64,000 bases of DNA from Euryarchaeota archaeon SM23-78 (GTDB lineage: Archaea; Nanobdellota; Nanobdellia; Woesearchaeales; SM23-78): contig LSSJ01000023.1 of assembly GCA_001595785.1 (NCBI GenBank), positions 4,870-68,869 of the forward strand. The letters are read 5' to 3'. Position 1 is the stretch's first letter; each line of letters opens with the position of its first letter. A program made the position numbers and the translations under genes. Positions 55,246 through 64,000 of this stretch are shown in pieces. The notes beneath the pieces are model-generated. The model saw only the letters and a program-made list of their open reading frames with translations. It had not been told where the DNA came from and ran no database searches.

Positions 55246-57417
55246 TTATTCTACTGAGGCATGGCTTACCTCCATAACACTGCTTTTAGCTCCAGCACCC
55301 TCAGTGACAGGAACAGTAATATTCAATTCTATCTCTCCTTCATCATTAGCATCTACATAAGACATGTTACAAAACAAGTTCTTAGGAGAGGTGCTCATAT
55401 TAGCAAAGGTAAGATTCTGAGAGCAACTACCTATATAACTACCACTCTCATTCTCATCAGCCTTGAACTGGTAATAGAAAGTATTCATACTAATACTGGT
55501 GAAGAGAGCAGTGCCATTAATAGTTACATTAAGCAACACATTGCCAGTGTTTCTAGCAACCAGGGGAGTAGGGCTATCATCAGTAGTATCATTATTCTCA
55601 TTATTAGTCATAGTTCCAAAATTAGTTGCATTAATGATTAATTCAAGATTAGCAACACTGGTGATGTTGAAATCAAAGATAAGAGAGGTGTTACAAGCAT
55701 TAAACACATCACAAGCAGTAACAGTCCAGTTATAAACAGTATCAACACACAGAGCAGTGCTAATTGTATAGTTAGAAGTTGTTATGCCTCCGATATTAGG
55801 TTCTGCACAAGTAGCAGAGCAACTACCACAAGTAAGGTTCAAGGTGTAAGTAATAGAATGGCTTTCTGGGTCTGTGCTATTAGTCCAGTTAAAGTTAGGA
55901 GTCCTCTCAAACACAGAGTAGTTGCCATCAGCAGGGTAAATCAGGGTTGGCTTAGTAGGAGCCTTGTTAGCAACCAAACTAAGAGAAGAGTTCAAAGCAG
56001 TGCCATCATCAATACCATCAGTAGGAGTAATCTCGCAGGTCCAGATTTCGCCAGTTTCTGTTTCTTGGCTTACCATTGTACGATAATTTGTATGGCTTGA
56101 GTTCTCCTCAACATACATCTTCCAGACTTGGGATCCTGTCAGCGCAAAGTTATAAATCTTAGGGTTATCAATGGTGCCATTGAATATTCTGTAATTATCA
56201 ACCCAGCCTCCTATTGTAACTACAGAACTTGTTGTTGTAATATTTTGATTAGTACTCGTGTTATCCCTTTGTATTCCATCAACATAAATGATTGCTTGAC
56301 TTCCATTGTAAGTCCCTACCAAGTGATGCCAGTTTCCATCATCAATTCCTCCACCCCAATTGACCCCTATACCATCGGTGCCATTGCTGAAGGTGAAATA
56401 AACAACTCCATCTTCATGAGCAGATAAAGTATAAGGACCGCTAGCACCAAATTTCCCTTTCTTAATCACATAACCCTCTGTGTCACCTCCAGCATCAGTA
56501 TACTTAACCCAGGCACTCAGGGTTATCCTGTTAGTAGTTATGTTCACGCTAGGAGAATCAGGAATCTCAATATAATCATCAACTCCATCAAATACATAAG
56601 CCCCTCCTATTTTTCCTGATGAATTCCAAATCGGAACTTTACTTAGATTTCCACCTCCCAGAGTTCCATTATTATTATAACTAGAATAATCCTTTACAGC
56701 TCCTGTGTCATTAGTAGAAACATTTGTATCAAAAGGCATATTCAGCACTGTTATTGATGTGCCATTCCTGTACCAGTTATATATATTTGTTACTCCGTCG
56801 CCATCAGGGTCGCTGGTTGATTGATTGTAACAAGTAAGATTATCAGTTGTTAAGTTGTTTCCTGAGCTACTATTAATACGAGGATATGTATGGGTTGGTG
56901 GGCTGTTCTCTAATTTGCAACAAACCTTTTGAGAGTAATGAGAACAATTACCTACATGAGCATTAGTGGTGTTAGCTCCTTCACTACTAGCCATGCTAAG
57001 CACGCAGGCATAGCCTGCAGCACAGCTACCAGTAGGGTAAGTACAAGAAACAAATTTCCAGTCACTACCAAGGCAAATACCAATGCCATAATTATTACTA
57101 GAAGGAATCTCAATATGAGCATTAGTGCCATTAGATATATTGATAACAGTCACATTACCAGGGCAGCCAGCAGATATATTAGCACTTGTACTATTGCAGC
57201 ATATAGAATAATTATAAGTGTTAAAACTATTGTTCTGAGCATGAGCATTATTATATCCTTCTGTATCATTCTCAAGGCCTATGAGTCTTGCACTTCCTGT
57301 GGGACAGGAAGTGTTTTGAAGAAAAGTGCAGGTAAACCCACTAGCAGTATTTACTAAGAAAAATATGCTTACTGCTAGAAAACAGGATAGTAATAATACT
57401 CTTAAAAACTGGTTCAT
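55246..57417 (-). CDS. Large secreted Cys-rich protein with a LamG/ConA-like lectin domain and many N-x-S/T sequons
   Basis: Signal peptide. GGAYVFDGVDDYIEIPDS...LSAWVK is typical of the LamG_3 type. The rest is Asn/Thr/Ser-rich. Confidence 0.65.
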   Translation of the reverse strand: MNQFLRVLLLSCFLAVSIFFLVNTASGFTCTFLQNTSCPTGSARLIGLENDTEGYNNAHAQNNSFNTYNYSICCNSTSANISAGCPGNVTVINISNGTNAHIEIPSSNNYGIGICLGSDWKFVSCTYPTGSCAAGYACVLSMASSEGANTTNAHVGNCSHYSQKVCCKLENSPPTHTYPRINSSSGNNLTTDNLTCYNQSTSDPDGDGVTNIYNWYRNGTSITVLNMPFDTNVSTNDTGAVKDYSSYNNNGTLGGGNLSKVPIWNSSGKIGGAYVFDGVDDYIEIPDSPSVNITTNRITLSAWVKYTDAGGDTEGYVIKKGKFGASGPYTLSAHEDGVVYFTFSNGTDGIGVNWGGGIDDGNWHHLVGTYNGSQAIIYVDGIQRDNTSTNQNITTTSSVVTIGGWVDNYRIFNGTIDNPKIYNFALTGSQVWKMYVEENSSHTNYRTMVSQETETGEIWTCEITPTDGIDDGTALNSSLSLVANKAPTKPTLIYPADGNYSVFERTPNFNWTNSTDPESHSITYTLNLTCGSCSATCAEPNIGGITTSNYTISTALCVDTVYNWTVTACDVFNACNTSLIFDFNITSVANLELIINATNFGTMTNNENNDTTDDSPTPLVARNTGNVLLNVTINGTALFTSISMNTFYYQFKADENESGSYIGSCSQNLTFANMSTSPKNLFCNMSYVDANDEGEIELNITVPVTEGAGAKSSVMEVSHASVE

Positions 57418-57508
57418 CTAAAAAACCACCCTAAATGGAACTATACTAAAGTGGTTATTAAACAAGAGGATATATAAAGGTTTTTATTAAAGCATAGAAT
57501 CAAACTTA

Positions 57509-59848
57509 TTATGTGAACCTGCTGGCAACAAAGACAATGTCAAAGATGTCAATAATATTATTATTGTCTGTATCAGCTCTTGCATCATAACCACTCTTAA
57601 GGCCAAAGTTGGTTGCAACAATTATAAGGTCAACTATGTCAACAACACCATCTTCATTAAGATCTGCTTCACTATATGCTTGTGTCCCATTGTATAGGTT
57701 TAGTATTTCTTGTTGGGTTAAAGGACTATTGTATAAATAGATTTCATCAATAGAGCCGTTGTAAAACCCACCTACAGGGTTACCTTCATCATCTACTTGT
57801 GCCCCTATTGCTAAATGATAGTCTGTACCAGTAATTGCCCCATTTGAGTTATCAATAACATTTTGTTCTAGACTCCCATCCACATATCTTAGCAATCTCC
57901 TATCTAACGGGTCTGTGGCGTCTCTAACACACATATAAAAATGCCAAGTACCATCATCACCAGTATTATCATTTTGATTAGTTACTACTTCTGTATTCGA
58001 GTCCTCACCTTCAATTAAACACTGAATATCACTAAAGCCATTGTAATAAATCATAAATCCACTACCCCATGTCTTCTTACTAATTATATATCTTGAACCA
58101 GTGCCGTACATATCATTTCCTTTAGCCCAGGCACCCCAGCTAAAGCTATCATTTTCTCCAAACTCAAATATTGTTTTATCACCTAAATCAATGTAATCAT
58201 CTACTCCGTCAAACTCCAGAGCATTTCCAGAAACACCATCACTTGTCCATGTTGCCCCATAAATAGTTCCATCGTTCCTGTTCACTGAACTGTCAAAAGC
58301 GATTGTCCCAGAACCTTCGTTAAAATGATATAGCGCTATCATTTCACTACTAAAGTTACTGCTTAGCTGGCATGAGCCATTTGCCTGGCAATCGTGACCA
58401 TAAGGGCAACCGCATGTATTGCAATCATCAACAAGATTCCCATTATCACAATACTTTGGTTTAGTAAATGAGCATTGACCATAAATGGTCCAATCAGAAC
58501 ACCTATCAGGAGATGCTTGCTCTACTTGTGCTGAGAAAGTATGAATCCATTCCTCAAGATTGGTGTAACCATCACCGTCATCGTCTCCGTTCGGATTACT
58601 TGGCAGGGTTAAGGAACGGTAGTTCTCTTCATAATCAGGCCAGCCACCACCATTCTTGCTGCAACGCTCACTACCACCATCCTCAACACAATTTATTATC
58701 TGGCCTGTTAAATCTACCACTTCCTGAGTGACTCTTGTATCCACAGAATCCCTAATAGCTGGCCAAGCCCCAGCATTATCCAAAACCCAATCTCTTGCTT
58801 GGTTGTTAGCTGTTGGAATCACTGTAACTGTATCAGACCAAACCTCAGGACTTGACAACCAGGTTATCCCAGAGCCTTTATCATCTCGAATACAGGTATC
58901 TGGATAATTATTGCACATATTATCGCTTACATAGATTCTTGTTCCATCAGCCGTGGTACTTTTCACAGTCACCGTATAATCCGTTCCCCATAAAGAGTCA
59001 TTCCCAATAATAGCGACATTTCCTACAATAGATAAGTTATGTGGTCCTGTTTTACTAGCATCATTTACATTAATATAGTAACTCACGCAATTATACATAA
59101 CATTGTTAACAAGCTCAACATGCGTGTTCCCTCCAATGCTAGGGTTTCTGCCTCCGCCATGAGCTATCAAATTTTTAATAATGGATACACTTCGATGACC
59201 TCCTTCATCATGAGCTACATTCAAAGACATCGAATGCGGACCCTCTGAATGAAGAGAATCACTCAGACATTCAGAAATAATATTATTGCTGTATGTTATA
59301 TCATGAGGGTTTTGTGCCCATATGTTTGCATTAGCATCTATTCCCCACTGCAAACTGCAATGGTCAATAACAATGTTGTAAGGTATGTTGTTACCGTTGA
59401 CAGATATACTCATTGCCCTCCTTACATCTGGGTCAGGACCAACAGGATCATCGCCTGGGCGAATACGAAGATGCTGAATAAGAACATCGTGTGCACCATG
59501 AATACGAAAGCCAGCCCCCTTAATCTGTATACCAGGAGGAGGAGCTGTTTGCCCTGCTATTGTTATGTAGGGATTCAGGATATTTAAATCGCCAGTAAGC
59601 TCGATAGTTCCAGAAACTTCAAATACACAAATCCTTGGACCAGTTGCATCTACACATTCTCTTAATGAGCCAGAGCCACTATTAGCAAGAGTTGTAACCT
59701 TGTAAATAGTTGTTTGTGGTGTGCTTAGATGACGGCCACTACCAGCAACAGTATCTGTTCCAAAGCCTTCTGCTCCTGGAAAGACTGGCAGAGCAGATGC
59801 ATATGCTAAAACAAGTAAAAAGACCAACCCAATCAAAATCTTCTTCAT
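57509..59848 (-). CDS. Secreted pectate-lyase-like beta-helix plus LamG domain plus C-terminal dockerin
   Basis: Start moved to the ATG at 59848 (MKKILIGLVFLLVLAYASA). FPGAEGFGTDTVAGSGR..VTTLANSGSGSLRECV, FDGVDDYIDLGD. Dockerin: DLNEDGVVDIVDLIIVATNFG..DTDNNNIIDIFDIVFVASRFT. Confidence 0.7.
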   Translation of the reverse strand: MKKILIGLVFLLVLAYASALPVFPGAEGFGTDTVAGSGRHLSTPQTTIYKVTTLANSGSGSLRECVDATGPRICVFEVSGTIELTGDLNILNPYITIAGQTAPPPGIQIKGAGFRIHGAHDVLIQHLRIRPGDDPVGPDPDVRRAMSISVNGNNIPYNIVIDHCSLQWGIDANANIWAQNPHDITYSNNIISECLSDSLHSEGPHSMSLNVAHDEGGHRSVSIIKNLIAHGGGRNPSIGGNTHVELVNNVMYNCVSYYINVNDASKTGPHNLSIVGNVAIIGNDSLWGTDYTVTVKSTTADGTRIYVSDNMCNNYPDTCIRDDKGSGITWLSSPEVWSDTVTVIPTANNQARDWVLDNAGAWPAIRDSVDTRVTQEVVDLTGQIINCVEDGGSERCSKNGGGWPDYEENYRSLTLPSNPNGDDDGDGYTNLEEWIHTFSAQVEQASPDRCSDWTIYGQCSFTKPKYCDNGNLVDDCNTCGCPYGHDCQANGSCQLSSNFSSEMIALYHFNEGSGTIAFDSSVNRNDGTIYGATWTSDGVSGNALEFDGVDDYIDLGDKTIFEFGENDSFSWGAWAKGNDMYGTGSRYIISKKTWGSGFMIYYNGFSDIQCLIEGEDSNTEVVTNQNDNTGDDGTWHFYMCVRDATDPLDRRLLRYVDGSLEQNVIDNSNGAITGTDYHLAIGAQVDDEGNPVGGFYNGSIDEIYLYNSPLTQQEILNLYNGTQAYSEADLNEDGVVDIVDLIIVATNFGLKSGYDARADTDNNNIIDIFDIVFVASRFT

Positions 59849-59897
59849 AACCTTAATTCTAGAATTATTATATAAATATTTTCTCATTAAATCACCT

Positions 59898-61934
59898 TTA
59901 ACTGAACCTACTAGCCACAAAAACCATATCAAATATATCAACTTCATCATCGCTATCTGTGTCTGCTCTTGGGTCAAAACTACTCGTAAGGCCAAAGCTA
60001 GTTGCTACAATGATTAAGTCTTGGATATCAATTACTCCATCATTGTTAAGGTCGCCTGGTAGAGCCATGCCTCCTGTTGTAAATTCCCAGACATTAGTGG
60101 TTGCTGTCTGTCCATTACTATCAACTACACTTGCGTACCAGTAGTATTTAGTATTATTATTCAAATTAGGCCATATTACAGCAGTAGAAGAACCATTTCC
60201 GACTTCAACATTTGCTCCTATTTCAGTATAAGTAGTCATAGAATAATCTATAGTAAAATTACTGTTTGAATCAGGTGTTAAATAAGTGTCTAAGTATGGA
60301 GAATATGTTTTAACATATATCTTATTATTCTTTGGAGAGAAAGTCATTATTCTAAGATAACCACCATCCATTCGAGGCCATCTTTGATAATCTGCTAGAA
60401 GGGTATATATAATGTTGCCATTAACAACATCTGCTCTTCTTCCTTCATGATGTCTGTGTCCACAAAGCATTAAGAACAGGTTAGGATTATCTTTTAAAGC
60501 ATTAAATATGTTATCTCCTACAGTTTGTCTGCTTCCATCAGTATTTATAATGAAATGACTACTAATTATAGCTCTTCTATTAGAATGATTGGCTAAAACT
60601 TGATTAGCCCAGGCAAAAACTCCGCTAGAAGGATCTGGATCAAACTCTAAATGAATGATTATAAAATCCATGCCTCCTGCACTGAATAACTGGTAGTTAT
60701 TGTTATTGTTATCACCATAATGACCCCCATACCAAGCATACTTTTCAAATCTTTGATAATTAAAATACTGGTTGTAATAGTAGGCATTGTGCGGGTATAC
60801 ATAATACCAGAATTCCTCATCATGGTTTCCAGGCAGCACTCCATAAGGAACAACTCTGTCTAATATACTCATGCTTTGATTTGCTCTATCCCATTCTAAG
60901 GTAACATTCCAGTTTTCAACAATATCTCCTAAATGAGTTACAAAAGCAATGTTTAATGCATCTTTATTAGCCACTATCCACTTAGTTTGATTAGTAAAGA
61001 TATGTGCATAATTATAATCATATCTTACTAAATTCTGGGTATCTGGTAAAGCGATTATTGTAAAATCCTCTTGAGGGGGGGTTGTGGCTCTGTAAAAGGT
61101 GACATTCATACTGTCCCCATCAAGGTCTGTTACACTCACATCAAGCACAGGTGAGGTTGAGACGCCTGTTGCATTATATGCAGGTGAATTTGGAATTACA
61201 AGCGGGGGGTTTCTATGATTAGCTAAACTATTTTGATAGAGTTGGCTTATTTCTGCATCTGTTAAAGCCTTATCATATATTGCTATTTCATCTATCTTTC
61301 CAAAAAAAGAGAATATCATATAAGTCCCACCTATGTTATTTCCATAACCACCTTTACCTATTACAAAATTTTCATTGTTATCCACACTCCCAACAGTATC
61401 TGCTGCCTGGTCTGCAAGCCCACCATCTATATATAATTTGATTTGGCCTCCTCCTCTCACACCAACCACATGATGCCAGTCAGTATCAAGATTTCTGAGA
61501 TTTTCTGGTGCTCTTGCTTGAATAGTTGTTACACCATCACTAATTGAGAATTTCAAATGACCGCTTGATTCTCTTATTAAGAAACCATAGCCAGGCGCAC
61601 TTTTTTGATATGTGCTCTTATAAAGGATAGACTCAAACATGTCCTGGGCTGCTCCTTTTTTATACCAGAAAGATATGCTGAAGTCTTTTGTGCCCATATT
61701 CAAACTGCTATCATTCCCACAATCAAGGTAATCACCGCCATTAAAAATTATTGCGCCATTATTAAATCCATTAGGTGTCCAGGTTGGGTTGCTCATTAAA
61801 GTTCCATCATTACCTCCACTATTATCTTTTCCAGGATTTGAAGCATCATCAAAAGACCAGTAACTAAGCTGCGCATTTACAGAGAAAACTAGTAAAACAA
61901 AAAATAATCCAAAGCAAATCAAAACTTTTTTCAT
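59898..61934 (-). CDS. Secreted LamG domain plus calcineurin-like metallophosphoesterase plus FN3-like module plus C-terminal dockerin
   Basis: Signal peptide. MPE motifs FVTHLGDIVE, GNHDEE, CGHRHHEG. Dockerin: DLNNDGVIDIQDLIIVATSFG..DTDSDDEVDIFDMVFVASRFS. Confidence 0.7.
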   Translation of the reverse strand: MKKVLICFGLFFVLLVFSVNAQLSYWSFDDASNPGKDNSGGNDGTLMSNPTWTPNGFNNGAIIFNGGDYLDCGNDSSLNMGTKDFSISFWYKKGAAQDMFESILYKSTYQKSAPGYGFLIRESSGHLKFSISDGVTTIQARAPENLRNLDTDWHHVVGVRGGGQIKLYIDGGLADQAADTVGSVDNNENFVIGKGGYGNNIGGTYMIFSFFGKIDEIAIYDKALTDAEISQLYQNSLANHRNPPLVIPNSPAYNATGVSTSPVLDVSVTDLDGDSMNVTFYRATTPPQEDFTIIALPDTQNLVRYDYNYAHIFTNQTKWIVANKDALNIAFVTHLGDIVENWNVTLEWDRANQSMSILDRVVPYGVLPGNHDEEFWYYVYPHNAYYYNQYFNYQRFEKYAWYGGHYGDNNNNNYQLFSAGGMDFIIIHLEFDPDPSSGVFAWANQVLANHSNRRAIISSHFIINTDGSRQTVGDNIFNALKDNPNLFLMLCGHRHHEGRRADVVNGNIIYTLLADYQRWPRMDGGYLRIMTFSPKNNKIYVKTYSPYLDTYLTPDSNSNFTIDYSMTTYTEIGANVEVGNGSSTAVIWPNLNNNTKYYWYASVVDSNGQTATTNVWEFTTGGMALPGDLNNDGVIDIQDLIIVATSFGLTSSFDPRADTDSDDEVDIFDMVFVASRFS

Positions 61935-61983
61935 AATCCTAATCTTAGAACCTTTATTATAAATATTTTATCATTAAATAGAT

Positions 61984-64000
61984 TTAAGTAAACCTGCTTG
62001 CTATAAAAACAATATCCAATATATCAACTTCTCCATTATTATCAGCATCAGCTCTAAGGTCAAAACCAGAGGTTCTGCCAAAATTAGAAGCAACAATGAT
62101 TAAATCAAAAATATCAACCTCTCCATCCAAAGTAAGATCAGGGTCTCGAGAACTTTTATCAATTGTAAAGTCATCTATCAATACAGGGTTTTCTCCTCCA
62201 GCAGTATCGGTTTCCCATGTTTTTAGTCTTAACTTGCTTCTATTAATCTCAACTTCTACAAAATGATGTAGCTTTGCTTTTGCCTCAACCCAGGAACAGT
62301 TACCTACATCATGAAGAGGAGCACCTCCCCCTCCTGTAATAATATGAATAACACCTCTAGAATTACTTATATTATTTCCTCTATTATTATCATCACATTG
62401 TTTTGTGCTTGCAGATAAGAAAGGACATGTTCTTTCATAGTAGTGTGCATGTCCTAAAAAAACTATATCTACACCATAAGGCACAAAATAATTATCATGC
62501 CAGGTTTTTCCTGGATTCCAATCAGACTTTGCTCCGCAAGGAATGGGTGGATAATGAAAAAACACAAACTTCCACTCTACATCAGGATCTTGTGTAGCTC
62601 TTAGTAGTGTAGCATTAAGAAAATTTTCTTTTCCTTCTAAGGGTGTACAACTGTCTATCCACACCCAGATTGTGTTATTATATTTTACAGAACCATAAAG
62701 CCCTTGTGCATGGGCTGTTATACCAGGGTATGCTGATAGCCCTACCTGTGAAGGAAGATAATTTGCCCATCTACTCTCCCAGCCTACCTGATTTACATCA
62801 TGGTTACCTATTGCTCCGATGTACTCAGGAGGGGCTGTATTACTCCAGTCTATGCTTAAGGGAGCTATTATTCCTTGCCAGGTTTGCCATTGGCTATCAA
62901 TACCATCCTGAGTGATGTCTCCTGAGTTAAAAATAGTAATTCGTTCATGATTAGGCACCTTGTTAACTATGCCCTCTACTACTTCTGCATGAGCAGCATG
63001 ATCTGTTCTTGTATCTCCAAGTACAACAAACCTCCAAGCACCTTCTAGGTCAACAGGAGGCTGACCACTTGTTATAAAACTCCATACCTTACTAGTGGCT
63101 GTCATAGAGTTAGCATCAACAACATCAACATACCAGTAATGGCTTGAACCTGGTATCAAGCCATACCAGGTCTGAGTAGCAAAAGAACCACTTGATAATC
63201 TTGTTTGTGTTCCTAGATGATTATAAGAGACCATGGGATAATCTAATTCAAAATGACTACTTGCACTAATCATATATCTATTTAGAACAGGTGAGTAAGT
63301 TCTTACATATATCTTGTTTTCTTTAGGCACAAAAGTCATTATTCTCAAATAACCTTCTCCATTACGGGGGCTTCCCATCATCTGATAATCTGCCAACAAA
63401 CTATGAATTGTATTACCACTAACCACGTCTGTTCTTCTTCCTTCACCAGGTACATGGCCCCCTAGTATTAAGAATAAGTTAGGGTTGTCTTTGAGAGCAT
63501 TAAAAATACTGGCTCCTGGGCTAGTCCAACTGCCGTCCCTGTTCACAACACTATGACTAGTAACAATTGCTCTTCTATTAGAATGATTTGTTAAGACTTG
63601 ATTAGCCCAGGCCAGAGCAGGAGGTCCGGGAGTGTATTCTAAGTGAACAATAATAAAGTCCATTCCTGCCGCTGAGAACAACTGATAATTATTATCATTA
63701 TCAGTACCATAGTGCCCTCCATACCAGGAATATTTCTCATATCTGGTATAAGGGAAATAAATATTATAATTAGTAGTATCCCAGCCAACAAAATCATGGT
63801 TTCCAGGCAGCACTCCATAAGGAATAACACCATCCAGTAAACTCATGCTTTGATTGGCACGGTCCCATTCAGTAAGGTTGTCTCCATGCTCAACAATATC
63901 TCCTTCATGAGTCACAAATACTGTGTTTAAATTATTTATATTATCAACTATCCACTGGGTCTGAGCAGTAAACCTGTCAGGCATGTACTGGGCATAGTAC
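61984..64000 (-). CDS. Secreted protein with two metallophosphoesterase domains plus a C-terminal dockerin (5' partial; frame stays open to the window end)
   Basis: THEGDIVE, GNHDF, GGHVPGEG; a second set GDITQDG, GNHDV, GHAHYYE. Dockerin: DLTLDGEVDIFDLIIVASNFG..DADNNGEVDILDIVFIASRFT. Codons upstream of the track ATG (..YYAQY) align with the paralogue. Confidence 0.7.
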   Translation of the reverse strand, partial: YYAQYMPDRFTAQTQWIVDNINNLNTVFVTHEGDIVEHGDNLTEWDRANQSMSLLDGVIPYGVLPGNHDFVGWDTTNYNIYFPYTRYEKYSWYGGHYGTDNDNNYQLFSAAGMDFIIVHLEYTPGPPALAWANQVLTNHSNRRAIVTSHSVVNRDGSWTSPGASIFNALKDNPNLFLILGGHVPGEGRRTDVVSGNTIHSLLADYQMMGSPRNGEGYLRIMTFVPKENKIYVRTYSPVLNRYMISASSHFELDYPMVSYNHLGTQTRLSSGSFATQTWYGLIPGSSHYWYVDVVDANSMTATSKVWSFITSGQPPVDLEGAWRFVVLGDTRTDHAAHAEVVEGIVNKVPNHERITIFNSGDITQDGIDSQWQTWQGIIAPLSIDWSNTAPPEYIGAIGNHDVNQVGWESRWANYLPSQVGLSAYPGITAHAQGLYGSVKYNNTIWVWIDSCTPLEGKENFLNATLLRATQDPDVEWKFVFFHYPPIPCGAKSDWNPGKTWHDNYFVPYGVDIVFLGHAHYYERTCPFLSASTKQCDDNNRGNNISNSRGVIHIITGGGGAPLHDVGNCSWVEAKAKLHHFVEVEINRSKLRLKTWETDTAGGENPVLIDDFTIDKSSRDPDLTLDGEVDIFDLIIVASNFGRTSGFDLRADADNNGEVDILDIVFIASRFT

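Noticed and set aside
59849-59995. N-terminal 49 codons of track ORF 57509-59995
   Set aside because: They overlap the dockerin-coding end of the upstream gene. A canonical signal peptide (MKKILIGLVFLLVLAYASA) begins at the ATG at 59848.
1-64000. Search for CRISPR arrays, rRNA genes, transposase/IS elements and integrases
   Set aside because: I saw no regularly spaced direct repeats, no rRNA-like conserved blocks, and no DDE/tyrosine-recombinase motifs in any ORF. The only mobile-element-like gene is the LAGLIDADG endonuclease.

Overview
AT-rich, tightly packed archaeal chromosome segment. Archaeal markers are ABCE1, the RFC large subunit, archaeal-type GlyRS, TrmI, geranylgeranyl reductase, a FlaI/FlaJ-type pilus core and TATA-type promoters about 25-30 nt upstream of starts. 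The content and compaction suggest a DPANN-like lineage, but that is inference only. I support about 60 CDS and 5 tRNA genes, and found no rRNA and no CRISPR array. Main points: (1) All five tRNA genes are interrupted. My hand folding gives 12 introns (Cys 1, Arg 3, Trp 3, Gly 2, Phe 3), many at non-canonical D-loop, anticodon-stem and T-loop positions. The Arg and Gly D-loop introns share sequence, and the tRNA-Trp canonical intron carries C/D-box-like motifs. Several supplied ORFs are read-through artefacts of these genes. (2) At the left edge, a four-gene minus-strand operon encodes a receiver-domain protein, a small protein ending ...EGG-LKLYM, a 471-aa protein with an E2-like HP..C module, and a JAMM/MPN+ metalloprotease. 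The JAMM ORF is about 776 codons, runs off the window and is absent from the ORF track. I flag this operon as a candidate non-canonical ubiquitin-like modification cassette with no visible E1; the Ubl and E2 parts are motif-level inference. (3) A large minus-strand surface locus lies beside an oversized pilus ATPase and platform pair. It holds three paralogous membrane proteins, LamG-rich secreted proteins and three consecutive proteins ending in near-identical dockerin modules. (4) A 552-aa protein has a C-terminal half resembling a bacterial outer-membrane beta-barrel and ends in ...GLYNF. (5) A roughly 200-nt GC-rich structured region (45968-46166) could not be assigned to any RNA family. 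(6) Other items are an RHH plus twin Ser/Thr kinase operon, a free-standing LAGLIDADG endonuclease 10 nt from tRNA-Trp, a VapBC-type TA pair and a conserved intergenic motif present twice. All functions come from motif reading by eye. No database search was run.
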